Positions 43,321 to 53,695 of a DNA stretch of 64,000 nt are shown one piece after another. The notes under the pieces were generated by a model, which was not told the DNA's origin, did not search any database, and saw only the letters and a list, made by a program, of their open reading frames with translations. The position numbers and the translations under genes were made by a program. The stretch is from an uncultured Verrucomicrobiae bacterium. GTDB taxonomy: Bacteria; Verrucomicrobiota; Verrucomicrobiia; Limisphaerales; Palsa-1400. Location of the stretch: assembly GCA_963707025.1 (NCBI GenBank), contig CAVPOM010000006.1:320001-384000 (forward strand), given 5' to 3'. Each line of letters opens with the position of its first letter. The stretch's first letter is position 1.

Positions 43321-44637
43321 CTAAAAGTGGGCGATGATGTTGTCGCCGAATTCGGAGCATTTGATTTCTTTGGCGCCTTCCATCTGGCGGGCGAAATCGT
43401 AGGTGACGCGCTGGGAGGCAATCGCGCCGTGGAGGCCTTTCAAAATCAAATCGGCCGCTTCCGTCCAGCCGAGGTAACGCAACATCATTTCGCCGCTCAA
43501 CACCACGCTGCCGGGGTTGACCTTGTCCTGGTTGGCGTATTTGGGGGCGGTGCCGTGGGTGGCTTCAAAGATGGCGTGGCCGGTGATGTAATTGATGTTG
43601 CCGCCCGGGGCGATGCCGATGCCGCCGACCTGCGCGGCCAGGGCGTCGCTCAGGTAATCGCCGTTGAGATTCAAGGTGGCGAGGACATCGAATTCTTCCG
43701 CGCGGGTGAGGACCTGCTGGAGGGCGATGTCGGCAATGGCATCTTTGATGACGAGGCCGGCGCCGGGTTTGCCCTCCGGGATTTTGCACCAGGGGCCGCT
43801 GTCCATCTCGACTGCGCCGAAGAATTCTCTGGCCACCTGGTAGCCCCAGTCGCGAAACGCGCCTTCGGTGTATTTCATGATGTTGCCCTTGTGGACGAGG
43901 GTGACGCTGCGGCGTTTGAATTTGATGGCGTAGCTCATCGCGCTGTGCAGCAGGCGCACACAACCGCTGTAGCTGACCGGCTTGAGGCCCAGGCCAACCC
44001 GCACGTCGGTGGGAAAATCTTTCGCGCCCACGGCAGCCCAGAAGGCGGTGGCCTTTTCCCGGGTGCCGAAGCGGATTTTGTCGAAGCTCTTGGGAAATTC
44101 CCGGGCGAGGATGTCGAGGAGCTTTTGCGCTTCGGGCGTGCCGGGGGCGTACTCGATGCCGGCGTAAATGTCCTCGGTGTTTTCGCGGAAGATGACCATG
44201 TCCACTTTCTCGGGATGTTTGACCGGGGAGGGGACGCCGGCGAAGTATTGCACCGGGCGCAGGCAGACGTAGAGATCGAGCATTTGCCGCAGGGCCACGT
44301 TAAGGGAGCGGATGCCGCCGCCGACCGGCGTGGTGAGCGGCCCTTTGATGCCGACCAGGAATTCCTGGAAGGCGGTGACGGTTTCGTCCGGCAGCCAGTT
44401 GTTGAATCTTTTGAAGGCCTCCGCGCCGGCATGGACCTCGAACCAGGCGATTTGCCGTTCCCCGCGATAGGCGGCCCGAACGGCGGCGTCGAAGACCCGG
44501 ACGCTGGCGGCCCAGATGTCCGGCCCGGTGCCGTCGCCGCGAATAAAGGGGATGATAGGATTATGGGGAACCTTGAGTTTGCCTTGGGCGATGGTGATTT
44601 TCCCGCCGGCGGGAGGAGTGACGTCTTTATAGGCCAT
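43321..44637 (-). CDS. icd: NADP-dependent isocitrate dehydrogenase
   Basis: [59 protein letters not shown]. Confidence 0.97.
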   Translation of the reverse strand: MAYKDVTPPAGGKITIAQGKLKVPHNPIIPFIRGDGTGPDIWAASVRVFDAAVRAAYRGERQIAWFEVHAGAEAFKRFNNWLPDETVTAFQEFLVGIKGPLTTPVGGGIRSLNVALRQMLDLYVCLRPVQYFAGVPSPVKHPEKVDMVIFRENTEDIYAGIEYAPGTPEAQKLLDILAREFPKSFDKIRFGTREKATAFWAAVGAKDFPTDVRVGLGLKPVSYSGCVRLLHSAMSYAIKFKRRSVTLVHKGNIMKYTEGAFRDWGYQVAREFFGAVEMDSGPWCKIPEGKPGAGLVIKDAIADIALQQVLTRAEEFDVLATLNLNGDYLSDALAAQVGGIGIAPGGNINYITGHAIFEATHGTAPKYANQDKVNPGSVVLSGEMMLRYLGWTEAADLILKGLHGAIASQRVTYDFARQMEGAKEIKCSEFGDNIIAHF

Positions 44638-44759
44638 ATTCAATGAATTTAAAATTGGCCTTCACAAATAAAGGCAATTGGTTGGAATGCAAGCCGGGAA
44701 TAGGGCAGGCGCGAAGGCGCAAGGCGGATGTGATGAATTTCAGTTTTATGGGTGACTGA

Positions 44760-44909
44760 GGCCCTCACCCTGACCCTCTCCCGAGGGGAGAGGGAACAGC
44801 AATCGGCCGTCATTGGCTGGCGGGCGGTTGACCGGCGAACGCAGTCGCGGTTGTTTCAGCGAGACGGCCGATGATTCTCCCTCTCCTAGAGGAGAGGGCC
44901 GGGGTGAGG
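44760..44909. repeat. REP-like doublet (family D-related)
   Basis: ccctcaccctgaccctctcccgaggggagaggg ... ccctctcctagaggagagggccggggtgagg. Confidence 0.75.
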
Positions 44910-45057
44910 TCGAGCTCTTCAACTGATTCTTCCGCCAGACTCGGGAGGAGCCTGAGGCACCAAGCGACTCAATGGCGGCGAATCGGGGGCATGGAATGGG
45001 AGAAGCTACGGCGCGACCCGTCCCATGGTTGCGCACAACGTTCGCGGGATCGAAAAC

Positions 45058-45363
45058 CTAGCCTGGTTTTGTTGATGCACACGCCTTGGCCATTCTGGAG
45101 TGACGAAGTGATCTTAAGATTCCCGTAACTGCAAGAGGGATGCACACAACGCAACCCACAAAATCCTGTTCCCAACAGAGGCTCGTCCCGCCGATGACAA
45201 TCCCGGCAACCAACGCGAGCAGTAGCAGGCTCATCCCTGAATTCTCCTGCTTGGTCGAACATCGAGGACAACCGAATTGCCGCAAGAAACCCATCTTCTT
45301 TTCAATTCTGCAATCGCCTTGCTTCACCCAGGCAGCACAACTTGGACAAAAATGGCTGCGCAT
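45058..45363 (-). CDS. Small membrane protein with two CxxC motifs
   Basis: CPSC...CPRC then two hydrophobic helices; lower GC than neighbours. Confidence 0.5.
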   Translation of the reverse strand: MRSHFCPSCAAWVKQGDCRIEKKMGFLRQFGCPRCSTKQENSGMSLLLLALVAGIVIGGTSLCWEQDFVGCVVCIPLAVTGILRSLRHSRMAKACASTKPG

Positions 45364-45778
45364 AGCACTTGCTCGATTTTTCAATCCGAGTCTATCAATC
45401 GCCCGTAACATTGGAAAGCAGAAAGGATGATGTGGTTGGGCCTCGAACAGAAGGAAAAGAAGGCAACGAAGATCAGGCGGAAGGCGGGGGGGCGGCGAGG
45501 GGTTGGAATTGAGCACGGATGGCGGGGTTTCTATTTTGTGGCCAGAGAAATGTCACGGCTCGACGGAGTCTCGCCCTCTACCGGGAAAAATGGCAAGGGA
45601 TGCCACGGGGTTTTGAAGATTCGAGATTCGAGGTGTGCGGCCGAATTTAATTGCAAATTGGGCGCGGAATGGTGAACTGGAAAAGTATGTTTCCTCCGCA
45701 GAATTTATCCAGCGGTGCCGGCGCGGAATCTCGCGCCCGGCTGGCGAAAATTCGCCGGCAATTGCCCGCTTTCAAAAG

Positions 45779-47974
45779 ATGAAACCAAAATTTGTTTTCC
45801 ATTCAATTGCCGCCTTCGCCCTGCTGGCGACGACGCCGGTAGCGCCCGCGCAGGGCAGCGGGGGAAATGCCGGTTCGCGGTCCATCCCCGTTGTCACGGC
45901 GCGTTCCTCGCTGGCGCTGTCCATCGGCGCCGACGGACGGCTTTATCAGCTTCACTATGGCAGTACGGATTTCAACGTTACCGTGCCCAGGGGCGGGCCG
46001 GGGCGCGAACTGGAATTTTACCCGCAATACGGCGACGGCTTGGACGAAAGTTTCATTCCCCGGCCGGCCCTGCAAGCGACTCACGCGGACGGCAACATGT
46101 CCACGGATTTGACATACGTGAAGCACAGCGTCGAGGAGGTTGAACCGAACATCACGCTCACGCGCATCGAGTTGCAAGACCCGGCCTATCCGTTTTTCGT
46201 CACCTTATGCCTGAAAAGTTATCACGAGGAGGACATGATCGAGCAGTGGACGGAAATCCACCACGAGGAAACCGGCCCGGTGGTTTTGTATCGTTATGCG
46301 TCGTGCGCGCCGCTGTTGCTGGCGAAAGAATACTGGCTGACGCTATTTCACGGCGACTACGCGCACGAGGCGGCACTGGCGGAAGAAAAGCTGGGGCCGG
46401 GACTCAAAGTGCTGGATTCGCACATTGGCGTGCGCGCCACCCGCTATTGTCTCCCGTCGTTCATCCTTTCCCTGGACGGCCCCGCCGCCGAGGAGACCGG
46501 CCAGGCGGTGGGCGGTTCGCTGGAGTGGTCCGGCAGTTTTGAAATCGCTTTCGAGCAGGACCCAAAAAATCATTTGCGCGCGCTCTGCGGCATCAATCCG
46601 CTGGGCGAACAATATCACTTGAAGCGCGGCGAAGTTTTCACAACGCCGGCGATGCTCTGGACCTGGAGCGCCAGCGGCAAAGGCCAGGTCAGCCGGAATT
46701 TTCACCGCTGGGCCTTGCGTTACGGCATCCGGGATGGGGGCAAGCCGCGTCCGGTCCTGCTCAATAATTGGGAGGCGACCGGCATGAACTTTGATGAAAA
46801 CCTCATCGTCTCCCTCTTCGATGGCGCCAAAGAAATCGGCGCCGACACTTTTCTGCTGGACGACGGCTGGTTTGGCAACGCCCATCCCCGCAACCGGGAC
46901 AACGCCGGCCTGGGCGACTGGCAGGCCAACACCAACAAGCTGCCGCACGGTCTTTCCCATCTGGCCGAAGCGGCCAGCCAGCGCGGGGTGAATTTCGGCA
47001 TTTGGATCGAGCCGGAAATGGTCAATCCGTCCAGCGACCTTTATGCCAGGCATCCGGAGTGGGCCATGCAGCAGCCGCATCGCAAAGCGGACTTGAGCCG
47101 CAACCAGCTCAACCTGGATTTGAGCCGCCCGGCCGTGCGCGATTTTGCCTGGAGCGTCGTGGACGAAACGCTCGGCACCCGCGGGGTGGCCTATGTGAAA
47201 TGGGATTGCAACCGCTTCGTCACCCAACCGGGGTCAACTTATTTGCCGTCCGACCGGCAGTCCGATCTGCTGGTGGATTACAACTTCGCGCTCTACGAGG
47301 TGATGGCGCGCATGGTGAAAAAATATCCGCAGATCATGGCCATGGAATGCTCCGGCGGATCGGGCCGCGCGGATTACGGCGCGCTGAAATACTTTGATTC
47401 CTTCTGGCCGAGCGACAACACCGACCCGCGCGACCGGGTGAAAATCCAATGGGGTTTCAGCCACTTTTTCCCAGCCGCGACCCTGGCCGCGCACGTCACC
47501 AAAATGGGCAATCGTCCGCTGAAATTCGCGCTGGATGTGGCCATGAGCGGCGCCCTGGGCGTGGACCTGGACCTGCGCAAACTTTCCTCCGAGCAGCGCC
47601 AGGCGCTGGCGGCCGGCATCGCCCTTTACAAGGAGAAAATCCGCGACGTGGTTGAGCAGGGCGACCTTTACCGTTTGCAATCGCCCTACGAGAAACCGCG
47701 CGCGGCGCTGAATTATGTTTCCACCGACCGTTCCCGCGCGGTGCTCTTTGTCTATCAACTCGAAGATGCCACGGCCGAAGCGGTCAAACCGCGCGGCCTG
47801 GATCCGCAGAGGCGTTACCACATTTCCGAACTCAACCTGCCCGCCGGCGCCAAATCACAACTCCCCGGCGACGGACAGACGGCGGACGGCGCAACCCTGC
47901 TGCGGGATGGCCTGGTGCCGCCCTGCGAAAAGCAATTTCAGAGCGCGGTCATCGAACTGGCCGCCGAAAAATAA
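45779..47974 (+). CDS. Alpha-galactosidase (GH36)
   Basis: LLNNWEAT, LLDDGWFG, FGIWIEPEMVN, YVKWDCNR, WPSDNTD. Confidence 0.93.
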   Translation: MKPKFVFHSIAAFALLATTPVAPAQGSGGNAGSRSIPVVTARSSLALSIGADGRLYQLHYGSTDFNVTVPRGGPGRELEFYPQYGDGLDESFIPRPALQATHADGNMSTDLTYVKHSVEEVEPNITLTRIELQDPAYPFFVTLCLKSYHEEDMIEQWTEIHHEETGPVVLYRYASCAPLLLAKEYWLTLFHGDYAHEAALAEEKLGPGLKVLDSHIGVRATRYCLPSFILSLDGPAAEETGQAVGGSLEWSGSFEIAFEQDPKNHLRALCGINPLGEQYHLKRGEVFTTPAMLWTWSASGKGQVSRNFHRWALRYGIRDGGKPRPVLLNNWEATGMNFDENLIVSLFDGAKEIGADTFLLDDGWFGNAHPRNRDNAGLGDWQANTNKLPHGLSHLAEAASQRGVNFGIWIEPEMVNPSSDLYARHPEWAMQQPHRKADLSRNQLNLDLSRPAVRDFAWSVVDETLGTRGVAYVKWDCNRFVTQPGSTYLPSDRQSDLLVDYNFALYEVMARMVKKYPQIMAMECSGGSGRADYGALKYFDSFWPSDNTDPRDRVKIQWGFSHFFPAATLAAHVTKMGNRPLKFALDVAMSGALGVDLDLRKLSSEQRQALAAGIALYKEKIRDVVEQGDLYRLQSPYEKPRAALNYVSTDRSRAVLFVYQLEDATAEAVKPRGLDPQRRYHISELNLPAGAKSQLPGDGQTADGATLLRDGLVPPCEKQFQSAVIELAAEK

Positions 47975-47975
47975 A

Positions 47976-50948
47976 ATGCCCGTTGTCGCAACAAGCATGT
48001 CTTGCGTTATGCTCCAATCCCGGCTGGTAGGGCGGGTCCCGAAATTTCGGGACCCGCCGCACGACAATAGTCCGGCGTTGGTTCCTCCGCTAGAGCGGAT
48101 CAAAAAATGGTGTAGCCAAAATGAAGCTCCTCCCTCTCCTCCTCAGGAGGAGAGGGCCGGGGAGAGGAGGACGTTTTGTCGGCTTCTGTGCGGCTGCAGT
48201 TTTCATGAAATTGCTTTAATTCCCGACGGCGGGCAGCGGAGTGCCCGCCCTGCCTTTCCCGGCTCACCCAAGACCAACGCATTCCTGTTTCGCCGGGTCT
48301 TCCGTTGCCTGGGACTGCTTTTGCCCCTCTTCTTCCCGGCGCAAATTGTTTTCCCGCAAACCACCAACGAAGCGGCCTCGGCGGCCCTGGCCAACGGCGC
48401 GCACTCGGCCAATTGCCCGGGCTGTTCCGGCGGCCGGCAGGTCGAAGACATCGGCGGTGAAAATTCCGGCACGGTCACCTTTCAACACCTCCTGGCGCCC
48501 ATCGCCGGCTTGTATCCGATGACGGTGCTTTACAATGTCGGCGACGACCGCTCCTTCCTCATCACGGTCAACACCAACGCCCGGTTCGACCTGATTTTTC
48601 CCAGGACCAGCCGCCGCAATTCCAATGTTGACAGCAGCAAGACCGTCCTGGTTCCACTCAACACGGGCGAAAATACCATTGTGTTCGGCAACGCCGAAGA
48701 ATCCGGCCCGGACCTGGACAGCATCGTCATTGGGGAGGCTCCCGTCGAATCATTCCGCATTGCCGGCGCCGTCAAAAACGCGGACGGCTCGCCTTTGGCC
48801 GGCGCTGAAGTTTTGCTTTCCGGCCCGTTCACCATGAAAACGATGACGGACGCGCAAGGCCGGTATGAATTTCCTTTTTTGCCCAAAGCCGATTATTACG
48901 TGCGCGCCGCGTCCGGGCAAAAGCTCTTTTCTCCGTTTGAGAATTATGCTCCCGCGCCCGGCGCCAATGCGGAAAATCAAAATTTCACGGCCAGAGAGTT
49001 CGCCGCCAGCGCCGGGGACATATCGGTCATGCAGTTGGGCAAATGGCGCATCGAGTATGACCTGGCGGGCGGCGTGGCGGATATTTTTTGCGACGGAAAA
49101 CTCTTGATTGCCCAAGCCTTCGCCGTGGCGCGCCTGCCGGAGACGGTGACGAGCATGGACTACAAGACGCACAAGGTGACGCATGAAACTGTCCGGGACC
49201 GCTTCGGGCGCGGAATAAAATTTGTGGTGGAATCAGCCAATGGCGGCGGCGGGAAAATGGCGCAGACGTTCTGGCTCTATGAAAATGCGGATTTTTTCCT
49301 GACTGAAATGGCCGTTGCTTCAGACGCGGGACTGAGCGCCAATTTCATGTCCCCGCTCACCTCGCAGAGGCCGTCGCATTTTCTTCCCGCCGGCGACAAC
49401 CGCGCCTTGTTCGTGCCCTTCGACAACGACAAGTGGATTCGCTACGACGCTTTCCCGTTTGGCGGCGAGGTGACCAGCCATGAAGTGACCGCGCTGTATG
49501 AAAACACCAGCCGGCGCGGTCTGATCGCCGGCTCGATTGAACACGGCGCCTGGAAAACCGGGGTCAGGTCATCCACCGCCTCCAACGCCATCACCAGCCT
49601 GGAAATTTTTGGCGGCTTCACCTCCAGCAAAACGCGCGACGTCCTGCCGCACGGAAAAATCAGCGGCCAAACCATTGGCTCTCCCAAAGTTTTCATCGGC
49701 GCTTTTGCCGACTGGCGTGACGGGCTGGCCGCTTATGCGCAAGCCAATGCGGTGGCCGCGCCGCCGCGCCTCTGGACCAGGGGCGTTCCCTTCGGCTGGA
49801 ACAGTTGGGGGAAATTGCAGGGCAGAATTTCCTTTCAGAAGGCGGTCCAGGTTTCGGATTTCTTTGCCACAGAACTTCCCCGGTTCGAAAACGACGGCGT
49901 GGTTTATGTCGGGCTGGATTCCGGCTGGAACAGATTCGCCGACGCCCAGTTGAAAGAATTTGCGGACCACTGCCGCTCCAATCATCAGGAAGCCGGGATT
50001 TATTTCACGCCCTTTGCCAGTTTTGGGAGGAATGACGATTCCACCGTCGCTGGCACGGATTACACCTTCAAGGACCTCTATCTCTATGCCAACGGACAAA
50101 AACAAACCCTGGAAGGCGGCACGGCGCTGGACCCGACGCACCCCGGCACCAGGAAATTGATTGCCGACACCATCGCCCGCTTCAAGCAAGCCGGCTTCAA
50201 ATATGTCAAGGCTGACTTTCTGACGCAGGGCGCGCTGGAAGCCGATAAACACTTTGACCCGCGCGTCACCACCGGTCTCCAGGCTTACAACGAAGGCATG
50301 AAATTTGTGTCCGAAACGATGGGCGACGGCCTTTATCTCAACCTGTCCATCTCGCCCTTGTTTCCGGCGCAATACGCCAACTCGCGCCGCATCGCCTGCG
50401 ACACCTTCGGCGACATCGGCAAAACCGCCTACACGCTCAACTCCCTCACCTACGGCTGGTGGTTGTCCGGCGTCTATGATTTCAATGACGCCGACCATGT
50501 GGTGCTGGACGGCTACAGTGAAGGCGAAAACCGGGCGCGCGCCACCTCCTCCGTCATCACGGGAATTTTCATCTCGGGCGATGATTTCAGCCAGGGCGGA
50601 AGCGCCGCGGGCAAGGAACGCGCCAAAATATTCCTGAACAATGCGGAGATCAACGCCGTCGCCAAAATCAAAAAATCGTTCCGTCCCGTGGAGGGCAACA
50701 CCGCCAATCGCGCGGCCAATCTGTTTTCCTACGAAGATAAAGACTGTTTTTATCTCGCCGCCTTCAACTACTCCAAGACCAACGCCAGTTTCACCGTGGA
50801 CTTCCACCAATTGGGCCTGAAAACACGCGGGCCAATCGAGGCGGAAGAACTCTGGAGCGGCGTGGTCAGCCAAGTGTCAAATCCGATGACCATCCAGTTT
50901 GAATCCGCTGACGCCCGCCTCTATAAATTCCATAAAATCAAGCCGTGA
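47976..50948 (+). CDS. Multidomain clan-D (GH27/36-like) glycosidase with CBM-like and carboxypeptidase-regulatory-like domains; true start uncertain
   Basis: [28 protein letters not shown]; signal-peptide-like segment at ~48290-48360. Confidence 0.75.
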   Translation: MPVVATSMSCVMLQSRLVGRVPKFRDPPHDNSPALVPPLERIKKWCSQNEAPPSPPQEERAGERRTFCRLLCGCSFHEIALIPDGGQRSARPAFPGSPKTNAFLFRRVFRCLGLLLPLFFPAQIVFPQTTNEAASAALANGAHSANCPGCSGGRQVEDIGGENSGTVTFQHLLAPIAGLYPMTVLYNVGDDRSFLITVNTNARFDLIFPRTSRRNSNVDSSKTVLVPLNTGENTIVFGNAEESGPDLDSIVIGEAPVESFRIAGAVKNADGSPLAGAEVLLSGPFTMKTMTDAQGRYEFPFLPKADYYVRAASGQKLFSPFENYAPAPGANAENQNFTAREFAASAGDISVMQLGKWRIEYDLAGGVADIFCDGKLLIAQAFAVARLPETVTSMDYKTHKVTHETVRDRFGRGIKFVVESANGGGGKMAQTFWLYENADFFLTEMAVASDAGLSANFMSPLTSQRPSHFLPAGDNRALFVPFDNDKWIRYDAFPFGGEVTSHEVTALYENTSRRGLIAGSIEHGAWKTGVRSSTASNAITSLEIFGGFTSSKTRDVLPHGKISGQTIGSPKVFIGAFADWRDGLAAYAQANAVAAPPRLWTRGVPFGWNSWGKLQGRISFQKAVQVSDFFATELPRFENDGVVYVGLDSGWNRFADAQLKEFADHCRSNHQEAGIYFTPFASFGRNDDSTVAGTDYTFKDLYLYANGQKQTLEGGTALDPTHPGTRKLIADTIARFKQAGFKYVKADFLTQGALEADKHFDPRVTTGLQAYNEGMKFVSETMGDGLYLNLSISPLFPAQYANSRRIACDTFGDIGKTAYTLNSLTYGWWLSGVYDFNDADHVVLDGYSEGENRARATSSVITGIFISGDDFSQGGSAAGKERAKIFLNNAEINAVAKIKKSFRPVEGNTANRAANLFSYEDKDCFYLAAFNYSKTNASFTVDFHQLGLKTRGPIEAEELWSGVVSQVSNPMTIQFESADARLYKFHKIKP
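48026..48254. repeat. Family A REP doublet interrupted by a MITE-like insertion
   Basis: Reverse complement aligns to 5541-5643 once 48091-48216 is removed. Confidence 0.8.
48091..48218. mobile_element. MITE-like element (TA-flanked) carrying a family D REP
   Basis: TAGAGCGGATCAAAAAATGGTGTAGCC...GGCTGCAGTTTTCATGAAATTGCTTTA; internal cctccctctcctcctcaggaggagaggg. Confidence 0.7.
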
Positions 50949-50968
50949 CCTTCTCCATTATGCCATCC

Positions 50969-51993
50969 ATGAAAAACGTGTTGACTTATCTCGCCCTGAT
51001 TCTGTTCGCGTCCGGGGTTTCTCCAGCCGCCCAAACCACGCCGCCGGCTCCGGCCGCGCCCCGGGGAGGCGGCGGGCGCGGCCCGGCCAACACGAACGAT
51101 TTGTTCTACCGGCTCGGACCGGATTCCCGGCCGATGGACGGCGTGCCGAAAGGGAAATTCGCCGGGCCGAAGATCCTTCCCAGCAAGGTCTTTCCCGGCA
51201 CACAGCACACTTATGACGTTTATGTCCCGGCGCAATACGACCCGGCCCAGCCGGCCGCCCTGATGATCTTCAACGACGGCCCGGCCATGAAGGCTGTGCC
51301 GGGCGACGTGCAAGCGCAGAATGTCCTGGACAACCTGATCTTCCGCCGCGAAATACCGGTGATGCTCGGCGTGTTCATCAGCCCGGGCCGGCGCCGGACC
51401 AGCCCGAACCGACGCCGCAGGATTGGGGCGACAACACCTCCAATCGCCGCGACGAATACAACCCGCCCACCGAGCAGTACGCCCGCGTCATCGTGGAGGA
51501 GTTGATGCCGGCGTTGCAAAAGGATTACAATATCTCCCCCGACCCCGGCCTGCACGGCATCATGGGAGCCAGTTCCGGCGGATGCGCCGCCTTTGGCGTG
51601 GCCTGGTTCAGGCCGGACGATTTCCGCAAAGTGATTACCATTGTGGGCAGCTTCACCAGCATCCGCGGTGAGTACATTTATCCCGAACTGGTCGCGGCCA
51701 CTGAGAAAAAGCCGATCCGGATCTTCATGCAGGACGGCCGCAACGACAATCGCCGGCCGGGCAATCCCAACGGGGACTGGTTTTACCAGAACGTGCGCTT
51801 GATGAACGCACTGACCAGGGAAGGTTACGAAGTCAATTACACTTGGGGCATCGGCAATCACGGGCAGAAGCAGGGCGGGGCGGTTTTCCCCGAGATGATG
51901 CGCTGGCTCTGGCGCGACCAGCCGGTTTCCACCGATCCGGAGGACCAGGCGGAGCGGTCGTTCCGCGCCCCGGCCATCCCGCCGCCCAAGTAA
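50969..51993 (+). CDS. Enterochelin esterase-like alpha/beta hydrolase (frameshift ~51394)
   Basis: [15 protein letters not shown] nucleophile elbow, GNHGQKQGG. Confidence 0.85.
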
Positions 51994-52124
51994 GTTAAAA
52001 AAGCTTGTAACCTGCCGACGGCGAATATAGTCTTTCTAATAAGCGAGCCTCGGAGAGAATGCGCACGAAGTGTGTTCTTTGCCGGGGCTTGAAAATTGAC
52101 AACTAAACGAAATCCTAAAAAAGT

Positions 52125-52634
52125 ATGAAATTGATATCGAAATCTTTGTTGAAAGTGCTTGCCTGCACGGCAGTTGCGCTTGGAGCGGTCACTCTGGCCC
52201 AGGCGCAGATGAAGGCGGTTGACCCTTCGGGAACCTGGACATGGACCGGCGGCGGCCGTGGCGGTGGCGGCGGTGGCGGCGGTGGCGGCGGTCGCGGTGG
52301 TCGCGGCGGTGGCGGAACCAATATGCTGGTTTTGAAGTATGAGGGCGGCAAACTGACGGGCACATGGCAAGGTCCCGCAAGGGGTGCGCGCCGTGGCGCG
52401 AATGCCGACGCGACGACCCCCCCGCCGGCCCCCACGCCTGCTCCCAAGGTGGAGATTAAGGATGGCAAGGTAGATGGGGACACGGTTTCCTTCTCGGTTA
52501 CCTCCAGCCGGGGCGGCAATGACACCACGACCGTTTACAAAGGCAAGGTCACCGCTGACAAAATCACCGGCACAAGGACGGTAGGCGACAACGACCCTGT
52601 GGATTGGGTCGCCACCAAGGCGCCAAAGATGTAA
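52125..52634 (+). CDS. Secreted Gly-rich hypothetical protein
   Basis: Signal peptide, DPSGTWTW, poly-Gly/Arg insert. Confidence 0.75.
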   Translation: MKLISKSLLKVLACTAVALGAVTLAQAQMKAVDPSGTWTWTGGGRGGGGGGGGGGGRGGRGGGGTNMLVLKYEGGKLTGTWQGPARGARRGANADATTPPPAPTPAPKVEIKDGKVDGDTVSFSVTSSRGGNDTTTVYKGKVTADKITGTRTVGDNDPVDWVATKAPKM

Positions 52635-52651
52635 CGCACGCTTGAATTCAG

Positions 52652-52686
52652 CGGCGCAGTCCTGTGGGGCTGCGCCGTTTTTATTT
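52652..52686 (+). terminator. Rho-independent terminator
   Basis: ggcgcagtcc-tgtg-gggctgcgcc followed by a T-run, just after the stop. Confidence 0.7.
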
Positions 52687-52730
52687 GTCCGCCCGGCGAG
52701 GCCGTGGGTTCTTCTTTTTTCGGCGGCCGC

Positions 52731-52832
52731 TCCTCCTCCTAATCTTAATCTTAATCCTAATCTTAATCCCCGCGGTGGCACCGGCCGGAGCAGCCCATTT
52801 ATTTGGATTAAGATTAGGATTAAGATTAGGAG
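52731..52832. repeat. Hexamer-repeat inverted hairpin
   Basis: cctaatcttaatcttaatcctaatcttaatcc ... ggattaagattaggattaagattagg. Confidence 0.8.
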
Positions 52833-52938
52833 AATGGCTGCCCGAAGAGTTCGAGTAACCCGCCGGACCGGCGCAATCTCTGCCTTGACAGGGCGAAGCG
52901 CGGGGGTAGTCTTGCCCTCATCCAATCATTCTAATTCT

Positions 52939-53682
52939 ATGAAATCAAAAACATTCAGTCTTTGGACGGTCGGGACGGCGGCTTTGCTGGCGCTCAATGT
53001 GTGCGGGCCGGCGGCGGCGGCCGAGGACGCAAAACCCAACACCCTCACGGCGGAGGAAAAGGCGGCGGGCTGGCAGTTGCTGTTTAACGGCACCAATTTC
53101 GACGGCTGGCATAATTACCACAGGACGGGGATGAGCCCCGGATGGGTGATTGAGGACGGTGCCATGGTTGACAAGCAACACGGTGGCGACATCGTCACGA
53201 GCGATGAGTATAGCTGGTTCGAGTTGCAATTGGATTACAAGGCATCAGCGGAATGCAACAGCGGCATTATGTATCACGTGAATACCAGCGGCCCTGCCAT
53301 CTGGTCCACCGGCCCGGAATTTCAGTTGGAAGACAACGCCACCGCCGACGACCCCGTCCGTAGCGGCTGGTTGTATGCCCTTTATCAACCGCCCAATGAC
53401 CCGGCCACTGGCAAGCCCCTGGACGCCACCCATCCGACCGACCACTGGAACCACGTCCGTTTGCTCGTAACCCCGGAGAAGTGCGAACACGACATTAACG
53501 GAGTCAAGTATTTCGAGTACGTGCTGCACAGCGACGACTTCAACAACCGGGTGGCGCGCAGCAAATTCTCCAGAATGCCGGGATTCGCGAAATCGGATGT
53601 CGGGTTTATCGGTTTGCAAGGCGACCATCCAGGCGCCGTTGCCTTCCGCAACATCAAAATCCGGCCCGTCCTGGCCAAATAA
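52939..53682 (+). CDS. DUF1080 (3-keto-disaccharide hydrolase family) protein
   Basis: LTAEEKAAGWQLLFNG, NSGIMY, EFQL, IGLQGDH...FRNIKIR. Confidence 0.9.
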   Translation: MKSKTFSLWTVGTAALLALNVCGPAAAAEDAKPNTLTAEEKAAGWQLLFNGTNFDGWHNYHRTGMSPGWVIEDGAMVDKQHGGDIVTSDEYSWFELQLDYKASAECNSGIMYHVNTSGPAIWSTGPEFQLEDNATADDPVRSGWLYALYQPPNDPATGKPLDATHPTDHWNHVRLLVTPEKCEHDINGVKYFEYVLHSDDFNNRVARSKFSRMPGFAKSDVGFIGLQGDHPGAVAFRNIKIRPVLAK

Positions 53683-53695
53683 AATTGGGAGGAAT

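Noticed and set aside
44950..45057. Integron attC site after the small CxxC ORF
   Set aside because: No convincing RYYYAAC...GTTRRRY box pairing and no integron integrase seen
52248..52315. GGC/GGT microsatellite as a phase-variation tract
   Set aside because: An in-frame Gly/Arg low-complexity linker; a similar one lies at 63915-63975
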